Source: a virus (taxonomy: Duplodnaviria; Caudoviricetes). Taken from it: 60,501 nt of DNA. Of this stretch, positions 19,501-28,974 are shown piece by piece; positions within the stretch are counted from its first letter, which is position 1, and every line of letters starts with the position of its first letter. The stretch covers positions 1 through 60,501 of the IMG/VR virus record IMGVR_UViG_3300030116_002908, one strand, 5' to 3'. Position numbers and translations under genes: made by a program. The notes beneath the pieces are model-generated. The model was not told the DNA's origin. It was given only the letters and a program-made list of their open reading frames with translations, and ran no database searches.

Positions 19501-21141
19501 AAGCCCATCGCAAAAGGTCAAGACAGTGTCTTTGGTATATTAAGAAAAGAAGGGGTCATTGATGGAGATGAAGCATTAAGATTTAATACACTTTTTAATA
19601 GAATAATTACAAACCAAAAAGCTATTCCCGACGCCACTGTAGGACCACTTGATAAACCTCTTGTACGAGGCACTCAAGCTTTTGTAGATTTAATAGGTAG
19701 ACTTGTCGGTTCAAAAATAGGTACAAGTGTAGGCGAAATGATACCCGGTCGAGGCCAAGGAATAATTGAAGCGTCCGCTGGTGTAAGATCTGTTTTAGGA
19801 TTTTTAAATGTGCCTGCTTCAAAAACACAGGAACTATTTTTAAGAGCTGCTCAAGACCCTGTTTTTTTTAAAATGTTAGTTACTAAAGCAGCAAATGAAA
19901 AGGAGGCTTTGGTTTTAGCAAGAAGAGTTAGAGCATATATTTTAGATTCAGGCTTAGGTTTCTTATCATCGGAAGCAGAAAAAATAGTCACTGATCAAGA
20001 GTCAGGCGTACCACCTTTACCAAGACAGTTTGATCCAAAGTTTTTACCAGGCGTTACAGGTTCAATTGAAGAACGGAGTTCTGTCCAGCCCAATCAACAG
20101 GGGTCTCCCACCACCCAGATTGGACAAGGACTAACTAGCGGTGTGAACAACCGCCTCGCGGCTAACGTGGGGACACCCCCACCAGCCGCGTCTATTGATA
20201 GAAACAGATTTGCATCTTTGTTTCCAAACGATCCCATATCAGGATTAATTAATACTCAACAACAAGGTAATACACAATTTATGCAATACGGTGGTGTAGC
20301 CGGCGATCCTTCATATGACATGGGACTTGAAACAGCACCTGTATCTGTTCAAGAAGCCATACAATCTGCTTTAGAGGATACAGGATCGGACGATAATACA
20401 CCAAGACCTGGAGTAAGATTGCCGAGTACATTTAAAAGAGCCCAAGGAAGACGCCCCACGGGTATTACGTCAATAAATCTTCCCGGCTATGCAGGCACAA
20501 TTGTTAATGAACTTAAAGATTTTGTAACAGGAAAAAAAGGCTTCCAACCGTTTTTAGAACAACTACCGGGCGGAGGGTTTAATTTTGGAGCTAAAATACC
20601 AATGAATTTTTTTGCCAATGGTGGATTTGTTGATGACTCAGAGATAGGAATGGATGATGATTCTCAACTGACACAAGACGATATTAATACAATAAACCAA
20701 AGTGATAGTATAAACTTTGATAATTATGTTGACGAAACAAGTGCTATGCAAGCGGCACAAGGAATAGTAGGATTAGCAGGGAAAAATAGGTCTAACATTA
20801 GAAACTCTCAAAACTACGATCCTATTTATGCACAAGCCCTTAACATTACAAGAGGTATATTACCGGGTAATCAAGTCATTGGATCTTACCCAACAGCAAG
20901 TAAATTTCAAAAACAACAAGATTTACAATTACCACCAAGCATGACACCAACAATTAGTGGTAAGGCTGGTAAATTTGGCCCACAATATTACTCAGGATTT
21001 GAAAAATTTTTGCAAGAAGATGCACCGGGTTTAGTAAAACAAGGAATGAACATGGGTGTTATGGGTATATTTAGCAAATTATTTGGACAAGTTAGTAATT
21101 TACTTTCACCACAACAAGTTAAAAGATCGGACACACAATGA
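16552..21141 (+). CDS. Very large internal virion (ejectosome-like) protein
   Basis: 1529 aa helical protein with Gly-rich hydrophobic N-terminal segments. Confidence 0.55.
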   Translation: MEQQQINKTPFDIISAQKDGISIEDISKNILDSQGIDYDNLVLGELKKNQNLEPGEKPITADQIHDQIIMTYAETLDGQPYTNPNSFRLFTESALEGLAKSGAGLQGGIMGYQIGMQLPGAFKILTPLTTIGGAVAGDIFMDNIFELFNFEDNVVPSKRPVQVSGETAGGTAAFSISPFLAARQVMPGTINWMKQNARDFGGQVSSTFLEKLGYTALKNPRLTAGIEITSGFGSAIGAGISEEEDPGDEFKRFTREMFYGTAAAPLIFQLGPSIVSGVKNLISSSKGREGYVGRELKKIIEEGGGDPKRVLALIDESINRGILDSPAAITGEKGLISLNKTLFKDFPALQPALKAELQRNLRATEALIIKMIDTQDPTIIAEAAKLRDKLYKAKVGLRITDARLKITNIINKRSAENNTSENVGVLVSKMMNQAIKDVRDEEQKLYKLIPGNATFNTVNTKQTLLDLLNPKKKNSLLPGELEELGINKSGLQILNKIIGTTETKGKTFQNLFLEADNATQESFLKVIGYSPQRVTGVSPNVSNRWSLDKSIIEDDFGLEKGSLKNLTIDDLKNKNFDKIKSAQYSQEVIDNSAEEGVTLGLFGDNRKDVEQLFDELSTRHLQTLRNDARSFQKSNRSLAKLIDASVTDFTKTLPESGDDLAIDTSRLTINEILNLRSQIFSAAKVQSSAGSTRNAHFLNKIANSLTDDIGLRAEDGTDEVTKLIKNAHAFSLALNDTFTRGFPNTLLKKTKSGRLAVIPELAVNSILKGGGDAVSYNFNGLESGIQMLAKGTNKELAEEYSKKLGTLSGAQEDILQLAFTQIIDFDTNTVNPQKLARFMSPAEYGKVLERFPALKKDLSDLQTAQKLFDDRKALYGDFNQYGGVLGKGRLSEKKNINKIFTFADFLPNETNPGIVIANALGTPEQRPGNPVGNLKRLIAFAKKTGNKDVLTALKEVIIDRGYQYALYGKDNLVDFRAFKDYLFKPIAKGQDSVFGILRKEGVIDGDEALRFNTLFNRIITNQKAIPDATVGPLDKPLVRGTQAFVDLIGRLVGSKIGTSVGEMIPGRGQGIIEASAGVRSVLGFLNVPASKTQELFLRAAQDPVFFKMLVTKAANEKEALVLARRVRAYILDSGLGFLSSEAEKIVTDQESGVPPLPRQFDPKFLPGVTGSIEERSSVQPNQQGSPTTQIGQGLTSGVNNRLAANVGTPPPAASIDRNRFASLFPNDPISGLINTQQQGNTQFMQYGGVAGDPSYDMGLETAPVSVQEAIQSALEDTGSDDNTPRPGVRLPSTFKRAQGRRPTGITSINLPGYAGTIVNELKDFVTGKKGFQPFLEQLPGGGFNFGAKIPMNFFANGGFVDDSEIGMDDDSQLTQDDINTINQSDSINFDNYVDETSAMQAAQGIVGLAGKNRSNIRNSQNYDPIYAQALNITRGILPGNQVIGSYPTASKFQKQQDLQLPPSMTPTISGKAGKFGPQYYSGFEKFLQEDAPGLVKQGMNMGVMGIFSKLFGQVSNLLSPQQVKRSDTQ

Positions 21142-21596
21142 AACTTACAGAAAATTTTAGTTTAGCTGAACTGACAAAGTCTCAGACAGCTGAACGCAAA
21201 GGCATACCAAACACGCCTACAAAACTACAAGAACAATCACTCAAGCTAATAGCTGAAAAAATACTACAGCCTGTACGCGATCACTACGACATACCTTTCA
21301 CACCAAGTTCAGGTTTCCGTAGTCCTGAGCTGTGTATAGCAGTGGGGTCATCCGCAAAAAGTCAGCATTGCTGCAAGGTCAAAGGCGAAGCCGCGGTGGA
21401 CTTTGAAGTTCCAGGTGTATCTAATATGGATCTAGCTGTGTGGGTCAGTGAAAACCTAGACTTTGATCAGCTGATCTTAGAATGTTACACAGGCGGTAAT
21501 ACAGGCTGGGTGCATTGTTCCATAGCAGAAACACCTAGAAAGCAACTACTTACCTACGACAAAGCCAATGGCTACAGACAAGGCCTCATAGGTTAA
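21138..21596 (+). CDS. Peptidase M15 family endolysin
   Basis: LTENFSLAEL, SSGFRS, SQH...AVD, GWVH zinc-peptidase motifs. Confidence 0.85.
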   Translation: MKLTENFSLAELTKSQTAERKGIPNTPTKLQEQSLKLIAEKILQPVRDHYDIPFTPSSGFRSPELCIAVGSSAKSQHCCKVKGEAAVDFEVPGVSNMDLAVWVSENLDFDQLILECYTGGNTGWVHCSIAETPRKQLLTYDKANGYRQGLIG

Positions 21597-23044
21597 GCAA
21601 GCCAGTTTTTCGTATCTTCTTTTAAGACTTGGTCTGCAAGATTAATCTTATTACGCAAGGCTTCGACGATCTTCTCATCTATGGTGCCCGGTGATATAAG
21701 GTCTACATATGTTACAGACTTCTTTTGTCCTATTCGATGTGCCCTATCTTCAGACTGTAACCTACTCTCCAAGTCATAGCTGTTACTATAATAGACAACG
21801 GTAGATGCCTGATTAAGTGTAATACCATAACCACCAGTCTTAGGCTGACCTACAAAAAACCGTAACGAACTATCAGGATCTTCAAATCTTTGTACAATAT
21901 CTTGTCTGTCATCTTGTTTAGTCTCACCATAGTATGTAGCTACACTATCTTTACCATATACCTCAGACAATCTTCTTTTAATCTCAGCTATGCCGTAGAC
22001 ATAGTTACACCATATAATGACCTTACCGCTTGTCTCTTCTATAATATTCATCAGCTCATCTAATCTACGGTTATCTAACACTTCTAAACGGCCCTCGTCA
22101 CTTTCAAGATAGCCACAACATATCTGCTGTAATCTCATCAGCTGGGTTAGAATAGAAGCTGTCGTAGCAAGCTCGCCCTTAGACAGTCTAGCTAGTGCGA
22201 ATCGCCGCATTTCCTCATAAACTTTGGCTTGTTGTGCTGTAAGTTCTACGTTTCTTCTTATGTATATTTTATCAGGTAAGTCCAAACAATCCTTCTTTAG
22301 TGTACGAGCAGAAAAGCTGACAAGCTTGGCATTAAGCTCATCTAATCGTCTATATCCTACTATATCATTGAAGCTACGACCACCAAATGTTTTACGCTGT
22401 ATGATGGCGTATCTGTTTTGAAATGTGAAATAAGATGACTGACCTAAGGCTTGCGGATCAAGGAACTGACACTGAGAAAACAAATCCATAGGTGACTTGG
22501 TCACAGGCGATCCTGTCAGTATACGTTTATACTTAGCAAACTTACCCAGCTCAACTAGGTTCTTGGTACGCATGGCTTTCCTATTCTTAACAGTAGTGCT
22601 CTCATCGATAACCATAATATTGTCAGGGTTTTGCTTGAGAAAAAAATACGCAGCCTTTTTACCACGCAAGGTGCTAAACGCCTCTACGTTTATAATAAAG
22701 AACTTTACGCCAGCCATAATTTCAAACACAACTTTGTTCATATCGTCTTGGAAAGCTTTAGACTTGGACGGTTGCCAACGGACCACGAATCGTTCAAATT
22801 CATCAGGTAAATGGTTTGGTATCTCCTGTTTGACCCAGTTGTCATACACGCCTTTTGGTGCAACAATCATAGCTGCATCGATCTCGCCCTCTAATTTTAA
22901 CTTACCTATTGTATCAATAATTACTTTTGATTTACCTAGTCCCATCTCCATGAACAGGGCGTAATACTTACGTTTCCAACTGAGATCTAATATTTCTTCC
23001 TGATGTCTGAATGGTTTTGTTTTAAATAAATATGGCATTTTCAT
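21593..23044 (-). CDS. SNF2-like SF2 helicase
   Basis: MEMGLGKS (motif I), IDES (II), LTGSP (III), QSEDRAHRIGQ (VI). Confidence 0.9.
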   Translation of the reverse strand: MKMPYLFKTKPFRHQEEILDLSWKRKYYALFMEMGLGKSKVIIDTIGKLKLEGEIDAAMIVAPKGVYDNWVKQEIPNHLPDEFERFVVRWQPSKSKAFQDDMNKVVFEIMAGVKFFIINVEAFSTLRGKKAAYFFLKQNPDNIMVIDESTTVKNRKAMRTKNLVELGKFAKYKRILTGSPVTKSPMDLFSQCQFLDPQALGQSSYFTFQNRYAIIQRKTFGGRSFNDIVGYRRLDELNAKLVSFSARTLKKDCLDLPDKIYIRRNVELTAQQAKVYEEMRRFALARLSKGELATTASILTQLMRLQQICCGYLESDEGRLEVLDNRRLDELMNIIEETSGKVIIWCNYVYGIAEIKRRLSEVYGKDSVATYYGETKQDDRQDIVQRFEDPDSSLRFFVGQPKTGGYGITLNQASTVVYYSNSYDLESRLQSEDRAHRIGQKKSVTYVDLISPGTIDEKIVEALRNKINLADQVLKEDTKNWLA

Positions 23045-23138
23045 GATAACTCCCTTGACAATATATTATATAACGCATATCTTCTTATATGCAAGTCAAT
23101 AATAACGACTTTTAATCACGAACAACGGAGATTTGAAC
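23045..23138. promoter_or_regulatory. Divergent promoter region
   Basis: Lies between divergent genes; TTGACA at 23055 and CGCATA/TCTTATA half-sites. Confidence 0.55.
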
Positions 23139-23708
23139 ATGAGTGATTTATTAAGACAGGTAGAAGCTGACGCTACTAGTGCAGATTCTATCAGTGATGT
23201 TAGCACAGATAAGCTTAAAAGCGTAGCTGACATTGCACATAAGATATCCTTAAAAGAAGACGAGGTTTCACAGCTTGAGGAGAAACTCAAGACTGCGAAG
23301 AAAGAACTTCTTGCCTTAACTGATGAAGATATGCCTTTGTTGATGGAAGAGATCAACTTAGAAAGTTTTACTTTATCAGATGGCTCTAAGGTCGAGATTG
23401 TGCCTACCTATGGTGGGTCAATAAAAGTAGCTGATCGCCCACAAGCACATGATTGGCTGCGACACAATGGCTTTGGTGATTTGATTAAATCATCTGTAGC
23501 GGCTGAGTTCGGTATGGGTGAAGACAACATCGCCAAAGATTTCTATGAAGCTGCTTTGTCACGAGGATTTACTGTCGATAAGAAAGAGATCGTACATAGC
23601 AGTACACTTAAATCTTGGATAAGAGAACAAACTGAAGCCGGTCAAGAAATACCGCCAGTATTTGGTGCGTGGACAGGCCGTAGAGCTAAAATTATGAAAG
23701 GAAAGTAA
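23139..23708 (+). CDS. Conserved replication-module hypothetical protein
   Basis: GGAG RBS before ATG 23139; coiled N-terminus, WLRHNG.GDLIK, VHSSTLKSW. Confidence 0.7.
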   Translation: MSDLLRQVEADATSADSISDVSTDKLKSVADIAHKISLKEDEVSQLEEKLKTAKKELLALTDEDMPLLMEEINLESFTLSDGSKVEIVPTYGGSIKVADRPQAHDWLRHNGFGDLIKSSVAAEFGMGEDNIAKDFYEAALSRGFTVDKKEIVHSSTLKSWIREQTEAGQEIPPVFGAWTGRRAKIMKGK

Positions 23709-24548
23709 ATGGCAGAATCAGTAGTAAAAAAAGAGCAACAGCAAGTTGCGACATTAGATCTTAGCATGGTGGAAGCCGACTCAGGTCTAGGTAATAAAGA
23801 AGTCGATCAAGAGACTTTAAGTATTCCGTTTTTAAAAACGAACTTATCAAAGCAGATACTTGAAGCTAATCGTGGAGCTGTGTCAGGTGATATGTATAAT
23901 ACTGTCACTGGTGAAATCTACGACAGAGACAAGGGCGTGTTGGTTTTACCTTGTGTATTTCAAAGACGTTTTATTCAATGGTCTCCTCTTGGTGATGAGC
24001 AAAGTGCCCCGATAGCTATATACTCTACAAAAGAAGAGTGTCCAGCTACAGAAAGATCTAAGGAAGATAATAAAGAATATCTTACAGATGGATCAGGTCA
24101 CTATATTGAAGACACTCATCAGCATTACTGTTTAATTATTAAGACTGATCAAAACGGTAAGCCGACTGGAGCTACAGATGCTGTTATGATTGCTATGAAG
24201 AGCACTTCTCTAAAAGCAAGTCGTAAATGGAATAGCATCATATCTACAAGACGTGCACAGAAAGCTGACGGATCTATGTTTATACCACCAAGGTTTCTAT
24301 ATACTTATAGTCTTGGTACTTACATGGAAAGTGGACGTAAAGGTGACTATTTTGTTTGGGATATGAAGTTGAAAGAAAGGCTAACCAATATAAACCTTTA
24401 TAATGAGGCAAAGGCTTTTGCTTTATCTGTTGAGCAGAATAATGTTGATGTAAAGTATGAACAAGATGAACCTCAAGCAGAAGCACCGAAGCCTGCAACA
24501 CCGCCCAAAGCCGAAGTCAAAGGCGGTCAAGGAAATATGCCATTCTAA
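23709..24548 (+). CDS. Putative ssDNA-binding protein
   Basis: Replication context; MKSTSLKASRKWNS; flexible tail ending MPF. Confidence 0.5.
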   Translation: MAESVVKKEQQQVATLDLSMVEADSGLGNKEVDQETLSIPFLKTNLSKQILEANRGAVSGDMYNTVTGEIYDRDKGVLVLPCVFQRRFIQWSPLGDEQSAPIAIYSTKEECPATERSKEDNKEYLTDGSGHYIEDTHQHYCLIIKTDQNGKPTGATDAVMIAMKSTSLKASRKWNSIISTRRAQKADGSMFIPPRFLYTYSLGTYMESGRKGDYFVWDMKLKERLTNINLYNEAKAFALSVEQNNVDVKYEQDEPQAEAPKPATPPKAEVKGGQGNMPF

Positions 24549-26077
24549 TGTGGGAGACTTTTAGTTCAATATTTGACGGACTAGAAGAGGCGTTTGGCAC
24601 TTATAAGATAGATAAGACCCAAACCAATGGTAAGAAGTCCGGTAGAGCGGCTCTCGTTAGGGAGCCACGGACCAAGGATCATTGGGTGGGTCATCTGTCA
24701 GGTAAAGGGGACTCTCTAGGTATCATACCAATCAATGCACAGTCACAATGTAAGTGGGGTTGTATTGATATTGATACCTATCCTCTTGACCATAAAGTTC
24801 TTGTCGAGAAGATAAGAAAAGTAAAACTACCACTGGTTGTATGTCGTTCCAAAAGTGGTGGGGCACACTGCTTTCTATTTAGCGAAGACTGGGTAGAAGC
24901 AAAAGATATGCAACAAACCTTACAACATATATCAGCTGCTCTTGGCTACGGTCAAAGCGAGATATTTCCAAAACAGATTAAATTACATTTAGATCGTGGC
25001 GATGTAGGTAATTTTTTAAACTTACCATATTATGACGCAGAAAGTGGCCTTAGATACGCGATAAAGGATGACGGCACCTCTGCTACCTTAGAAGAGTTTA
25101 TCGCCCTCTACGATCAATATAAGCTCAATAACGAGCAGATATTAGCATTACAAGTAGAAGATATAAAAGATACACCAATTAAAGATGGTCCACCATGTTT
25201 ACAGACTTTATGTGAAAGTAAGATTAGTGAGGGTGGACGTAACAATGGGTTATTTAACCTTGCTGTTTACTTACGCAAAGCGTTTCCTGACAGCTGGGAG
25301 ACAGAGATACTAACCTACAACATGACCTATCTTGATCCACCACTACCATTAAGTGAGGTCAACCTTGTTGCCAACCAAGCCAAGAAGAAAGATTATGCCT
25401 ACAAATGCACAGACAGCCCGATCAACGCACATTGTAACAAAGAACTGTGCAGAACGCGTTTACATGGCGTAGGATCGGCCGTACAAGGGGCTACAGTCGC
25501 TAATTTAAGAAAATATAACTCAACACCGCCTGTTTGGTTTTTGGACGTCTCAGGCGAGCCTTTGGAGCTAGACACAGAAGCATTGCTATCACAGCCTACG
25601 TTTCAGAAAGCTTGCATGGAACAGCTTAACTTCATGCCACGCTCTGTACGAAAAGAAACTTGGGAAGCACGGATCAGTGCTTTGCTCAATGAGATGAAAG
25701 AAAACGATGCAGCTATCATAGAAGTAGCTGAAGACGCAAGCACAAGCGGACAGTTCTACGATTATTTAGAAGAGTTTTGCAGACACTTACAGCAAGCACA
25801 GGAAAGAGAAGAGATATTGTTAAGACGGCCTTGGACCGATGAAGAGGCACACTTAACTTACTTTCGACTAAGAGACTTTGAAAACTTTCTCAAGAAGAAT
25901 AAGTTTTTTGAGTACAAGTCGCACAAGATTGCCCAACGCTTACGGGATATTAACGGGTCCAGTACGGTTATGAAAATCAGTAACCGATCCGTACGCGTTT
26001 GGGCAATACCCGCACACCGTAACACGGATCACGAGTTTAATACACCAAATTTACAAACAGAAAAGGAGCCTTTTTAA
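24548..26077 (+). CDS. AEP-superfamily primase with PriCT-like domain
   Basis: GCIDID, RSKSGGAH and LNLPY catalytic motifs; PPCL...EGGRNNGLF. Confidence 0.8.
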   Translation: MWETFSSIFDGLEEAFGTYKIDKTQTNGKKSGRAALVREPRTKDHWVGHLSGKGDSLGIIPINAQSQCKWGCIDIDTYPLDHKVLVEKIRKVKLPLVVCRSKSGGAHCFLFSEDWVEAKDMQQTLQHISAALGYGQSEIFPKQIKLHLDRGDVGNFLNLPYYDAESGLRYAIKDDGTSATLEEFIALYDQYKLNNEQILALQVEDIKDTPIKDGPPCLQTLCESKISEGGRNNGLFNLAVYLRKAFPDSWETEILTYNMTYLDPPLPLSEVNLVANQAKKKDYAYKCTDSPINAHCNKELCRTRLHGVGSAVQGATVANLRKYNSTPPVWFLDVSGEPLELDTEALLSQPTFQKACMEQLNFMPRSVRKETWEARISALLNEMKENDAAIIEVAEDASTSGQFYDYLEEFCRHLQQAQEREEILLRRPWTDEEAHLTYFRLRDFENFLKKNKFFEYKSHKIAQRLRDINGSSTVMKISNRSVRVWAIPAHRNTDHEFNTPNLQTEKEPF

Positions 26078-26382
26078 TGCAAGACGATGAGAGAATGGTC
26101 AAAGCTGATGGACTAGAAGATGCTATCATAGGAACAGGTAGTCGTATGAATATGCCCGATGTATTAGTTTACAGCTATAATAAATGTCTAAAAATTTTTA
26201 TGGAACGAGACGGCATGACCCGTGAAGAGGCCATAGAGTGGATGGAGTTTAATGTTGTTGGTGCTTGGGTAGGAGAAACCACACCAATCTTTGTCCATGA
26301 GATACCATCTGATCAAAAGGTTAATGAGTTTTTGGAAGACCTTGGCTTTGAACCACCTATCAATCCCAGTAATGACAACTAA
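26077..26382 (+). CDS. Hypothetical phage protein
   Basis: ADGLEDAIIG...EAIEWMEFNVVGAWVGETTP. Confidence 0.7.
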   Translation: MQDDERMVKADGLEDAIIGTGSRMNMPDVLVYSYNKCLKIFMERDGMTREEAIEWMEFNVVGAWVGETTPIFVHEIPSDQKVNEFLEDLGFEPPINPSNDN

Positions 26383-27893
26383 TGTTTCGCATATTCGGGC
26401 CCCCAGGAACGGGCAAGACAACAACACTACTAAATATGGTCGATGATCATTTAAGTAAAGGTGTGCATCCGAACCACATTGCCTTTCTTGCTTTCACAAA
26501 GAAAGCAGCCAACGAGGCCAAAGAAAGAGCAGCGTCTAGATTTAAACTAGATCCTGAAAAAGATTTGTTTTTCTTCAGGACTTTACACAGTCTTGCACTT
26601 AATCTGTCAGAAATAAGGCCAGAGCAAGTCTTGTCACGAGAACATTTCCTTGAGCTGGGGCAGAAGATAGGTATATCCTTTGGACGTATCAGCGGTATGG
26701 ACGAAGATATCATTGATAAACAGAACAACGATCATCCGATACTTAACACAATCAATCTAGCACGACTACGCAAAGTCTCACTACGACAGCAATATAATGA
26801 ATCATATATAGAAGATGACTGGAACACGGTGAACTACGTCCACAAATGCTACATTGAATATAAGAAACAACGTAACCTCTATGACTTCACAGATATGCTT
26901 GAGATGTTTGTTAAAGACTATGACCGCATTTGTCCAACCTTTGAGATTACATTTCTTGATGAAGCACAAGACTTATCGCCTTTACAGTGGGACATTGCCC
27001 ACGCCTTGGATAAGAAAAGCAAAGCTATGTATGCAGCTGGAGATGATGACCAAGCTATTTACAGGTGGGCGGGAGCTGATGTTGATCAGTTTATTAATTT
27101 AGAAGGCACCTCTGAAACATTAGACCAGTCATTCAGAGTACCAAGACAGATACACAAGATCGCTGAATCTATTGTCGATAGAATAAAGCATAGGTATCCA
27201 AAACGCTATCAGCCCAAAGAAGAAGAGGGCACAGTCAAACACATGGCACGACTTGATGACATTGATCTCACAGAAGGCCAATGGCTGATCCTAGCTCAAG
27301 CGGGTTACATCTTAAATCCAGTCGCAGAAACGCTCAAGTCTATGGGTCTGCTCTTTTCACACAAAGGCCATCGTTCTATATCTGCGAAGATATCTTCAGC
27401 TGTAAATGGCTGGGAACAACTGCGGAAAGGTAAACGGATTACACTCGATACAGCAAGAGACGTCTACAGCTTCATGTCCAGTGGCACACGGGTCAAGAGA
27501 GGTTTTAAAAAATTAAGTGGCATAGATGATCAGGATTTGCTAGACATGGCAACATTACAGAACAGTCACGGACTTGTTGTAGGCGACGAACTTATATGGC
27601 ACAAGGCACTCGATAGATTGCCCGAAGAGTCAAGAGTATACATTACAGCCCTGTTACGCAGAGGTGAGAAGTTTAATGGCGAGCCTCGCATTACAGTATC
27701 CACGATACACGGGTCCAAGGGCGGTGAGTCTGAAAATGTTGTGATATTCACCGACTTATCGCCCGCGGCTGACGATGCCATGCGGATTGGTAACGATGAC
27801 GTACACCGCGTATTCTATGTGGCCGTTACACGGGCCAAACAAAATCTTTACATCATTGAACCTGATGACAATAACAGGAGCTATCACATATGA
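26382..27893 (+). CDS. UvrD/Rep-like SF1 helicase
   Basis: GPPGTGKT, DEAQD, GDDDQAIY, STIHGSKGGE, YVAVTRAK. Confidence 0.92.
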   Translation: MFRIFGPPGTGKTTTLLNMVDDHLSKGVHPNHIAFLAFTKKAANEAKERAASRFKLDPEKDLFFFRTLHSLALNLSEIRPEQVLSREHFLELGQKIGISFGRISGMDEDIIDKQNNDHPILNTINLARLRKVSLRQQYNESYIEDDWNTVNYVHKCYIEYKKQRNLYDFTDMLEMFVKDYDRICPTFEITFLDEAQDLSPLQWDIAHALDKKSKAMYAAGDDDQAIYRWAGADVDQFINLEGTSETLDQSFRVPRQIHKIAESIVDRIKHRYPKRYQPKEEEGTVKHMARLDDIDLTEGQWLILAQAGYILNPVAETLKSMGLLFSHKGHRSISAKISSAVNGWEQLRKGKRITLDTARDVYSFMSSGTRVKRGFKKLSGIDDQDLLDMATLQNSHGLVVGDELIWHKALDRLPEESRVYITALLRRGEKFNGEPRITVSTIHGSKGGESENVVIFTDLSPAADDAMRIGNDDVHRVFYVAVTRAKQNLYIIEPDDNNRSYHI

Positions 27894-28048
27894 AAACTAG
27901 AGAACAATTAAGACAAGCAATTTTTTACTATATGATGCTACACACTAAACATCAAAAATTATTAAAAGAGGAAGGTCGCCCAAATTATTTTAAGTCTGTA
28001 ATAGAAGAATTAAAACAAGAAATTTTGGAGTTAGACAATGAAAGTTAA
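27890..28048 (+). CDS. Hypothetical protein (52 aa, not in ORF track)
   Basis: AGGAG RBS, ATGA overlap; MKTREQLRQ...DNES*. Confidence 0.55.
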   Translation: MKTREQLRQAIFYYMMLHTKHQKLLKEEGRPNYFKSVIEELKQEILELDNES

Positions 28049-28355
28049 TTATAACAGGTTTTATTACAATCCATTACCTGATGAAGTTTGTATACAGGTT
28101 AGCCCCATTCATGGTCACGGCATTTACGCCACACAAGATATTAAGAAAGGCACAGACCTTGGCTCTACACATATCAAGGTGCCGATGATCCTGACTTACA
28201 TCAGAACACCGCTTGGTGGTTTTATAAATCACTCTGATCAGGCTAACTGCTATCTAGAATGTACACAAGACTGGGACGATTATCTTGTCTATAATATAAT
28301 TACAAAGAGACCGATTAAAAAAGATGAGGAGCTGACGTTAAATTATGAAGTATGA
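28038..28355 (+). CDS. SET domain protein (putative lysine methyltransferase)
   Basis: SPIHGHGIYA, FINHS...NC and EELTLNY SET signature motifs. Confidence 0.85.
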   Translation: MKVNYNRFYYNPLPDEVCIQVSPIHGHGIYATQDIKKGTDLGSTHIKVPMILTYIRTPLGGFINHSDQANCYLECTQDWDDYLVYNIITKRPIKKDEELTLNYEV

Positions 28356-28647
28356 TGACCACAAACCATATAGAGAAATGATACGAGACAAGTACAGAGA
28401 GGTAGGAGACATGATACGAAAACAAGATGAAACGGTAAACCATCCACCACACTACAAGCAGAACGCTGTCGAAGCTATTCATGTTATACAAGCTGGGTTG
28501 GGTGCTGGGTTTGCAGATTATTTAAAAGGTAATATAATGAAATATCTCATACGTTATAAACACAAAAACGGTGTAGAAGATTTGAAAAAAGCTCAGTGGT
28601 ACTTGGCTAAATTAATAGAGGTTGAAGATGGAAGAGAAAAAAATTAG
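28345..28647 (+). CDS. DUF3310 family protein
   Basis: VNHPPHY...GNIMKYLIRY..KNGVEDLKKAQWYL. Confidence 0.85.
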   Translation: MKYDDHKPYREMIRDKYREVGDMIRKQDETVNHPPHYKQNAVEAIHVIQAGLGAGFADYLKGNIMKYLIRYKHKNGVEDLKKAQWYLAKLIEVEDGREKN

Positions 28648-28774
28648 AACAATACGTTGGGACGGCACCTGTAAAAAGTGTGGAGTTAAATCGTATTTTC
28701 CAGTAGTTAGGGTTAACGAAGTTAGGACGCTTATGTGTATACTTTGTTATTGGAAGGCAAAAAAAGATGTTTAA
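28628..28774 (+). CDS. Small Zn-ribbon protein (48 aa, not in ORF track)
   Basis: MEEKKIRTIRWDGTCKKC...MCILCYW; two CxxC pairs. Confidence 0.55.
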   Translation: MEEKKIRTIRWDGTCKKCGVKSYFPVVRVNEVRTLMCILCYWKAKKDV

Positions 28775-28967
28775 AGCAATGGCACTCATATGTGCCGCAT
28801 GGATATCAAACGGTCAAGCTCAACAAGCGTGTTTCACACATATGTTTGATTGGGAGTTTGAAACAAAGCGAGAATGTCAGATGAGGCTGATCTACTATCG
28901 GGCAAAAGAATTACCACATTATCACAACATTGTATTAGGCGAATGTATTAAAGTTAACAAACTATAG
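28767..28967 (+). CDS. Small Cys-containing hypothetical protein
   Basis: 66 aa MFKAMALIC...FETKREC. Confidence 0.6.
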   Translation: MFKAMALICAAWISNGQAQQACFTHMFDWEFETKRECQMRLIYYRAKELPHYHNIVLGECIKVNKL

Positions 28968-28974
28968 GACTATT

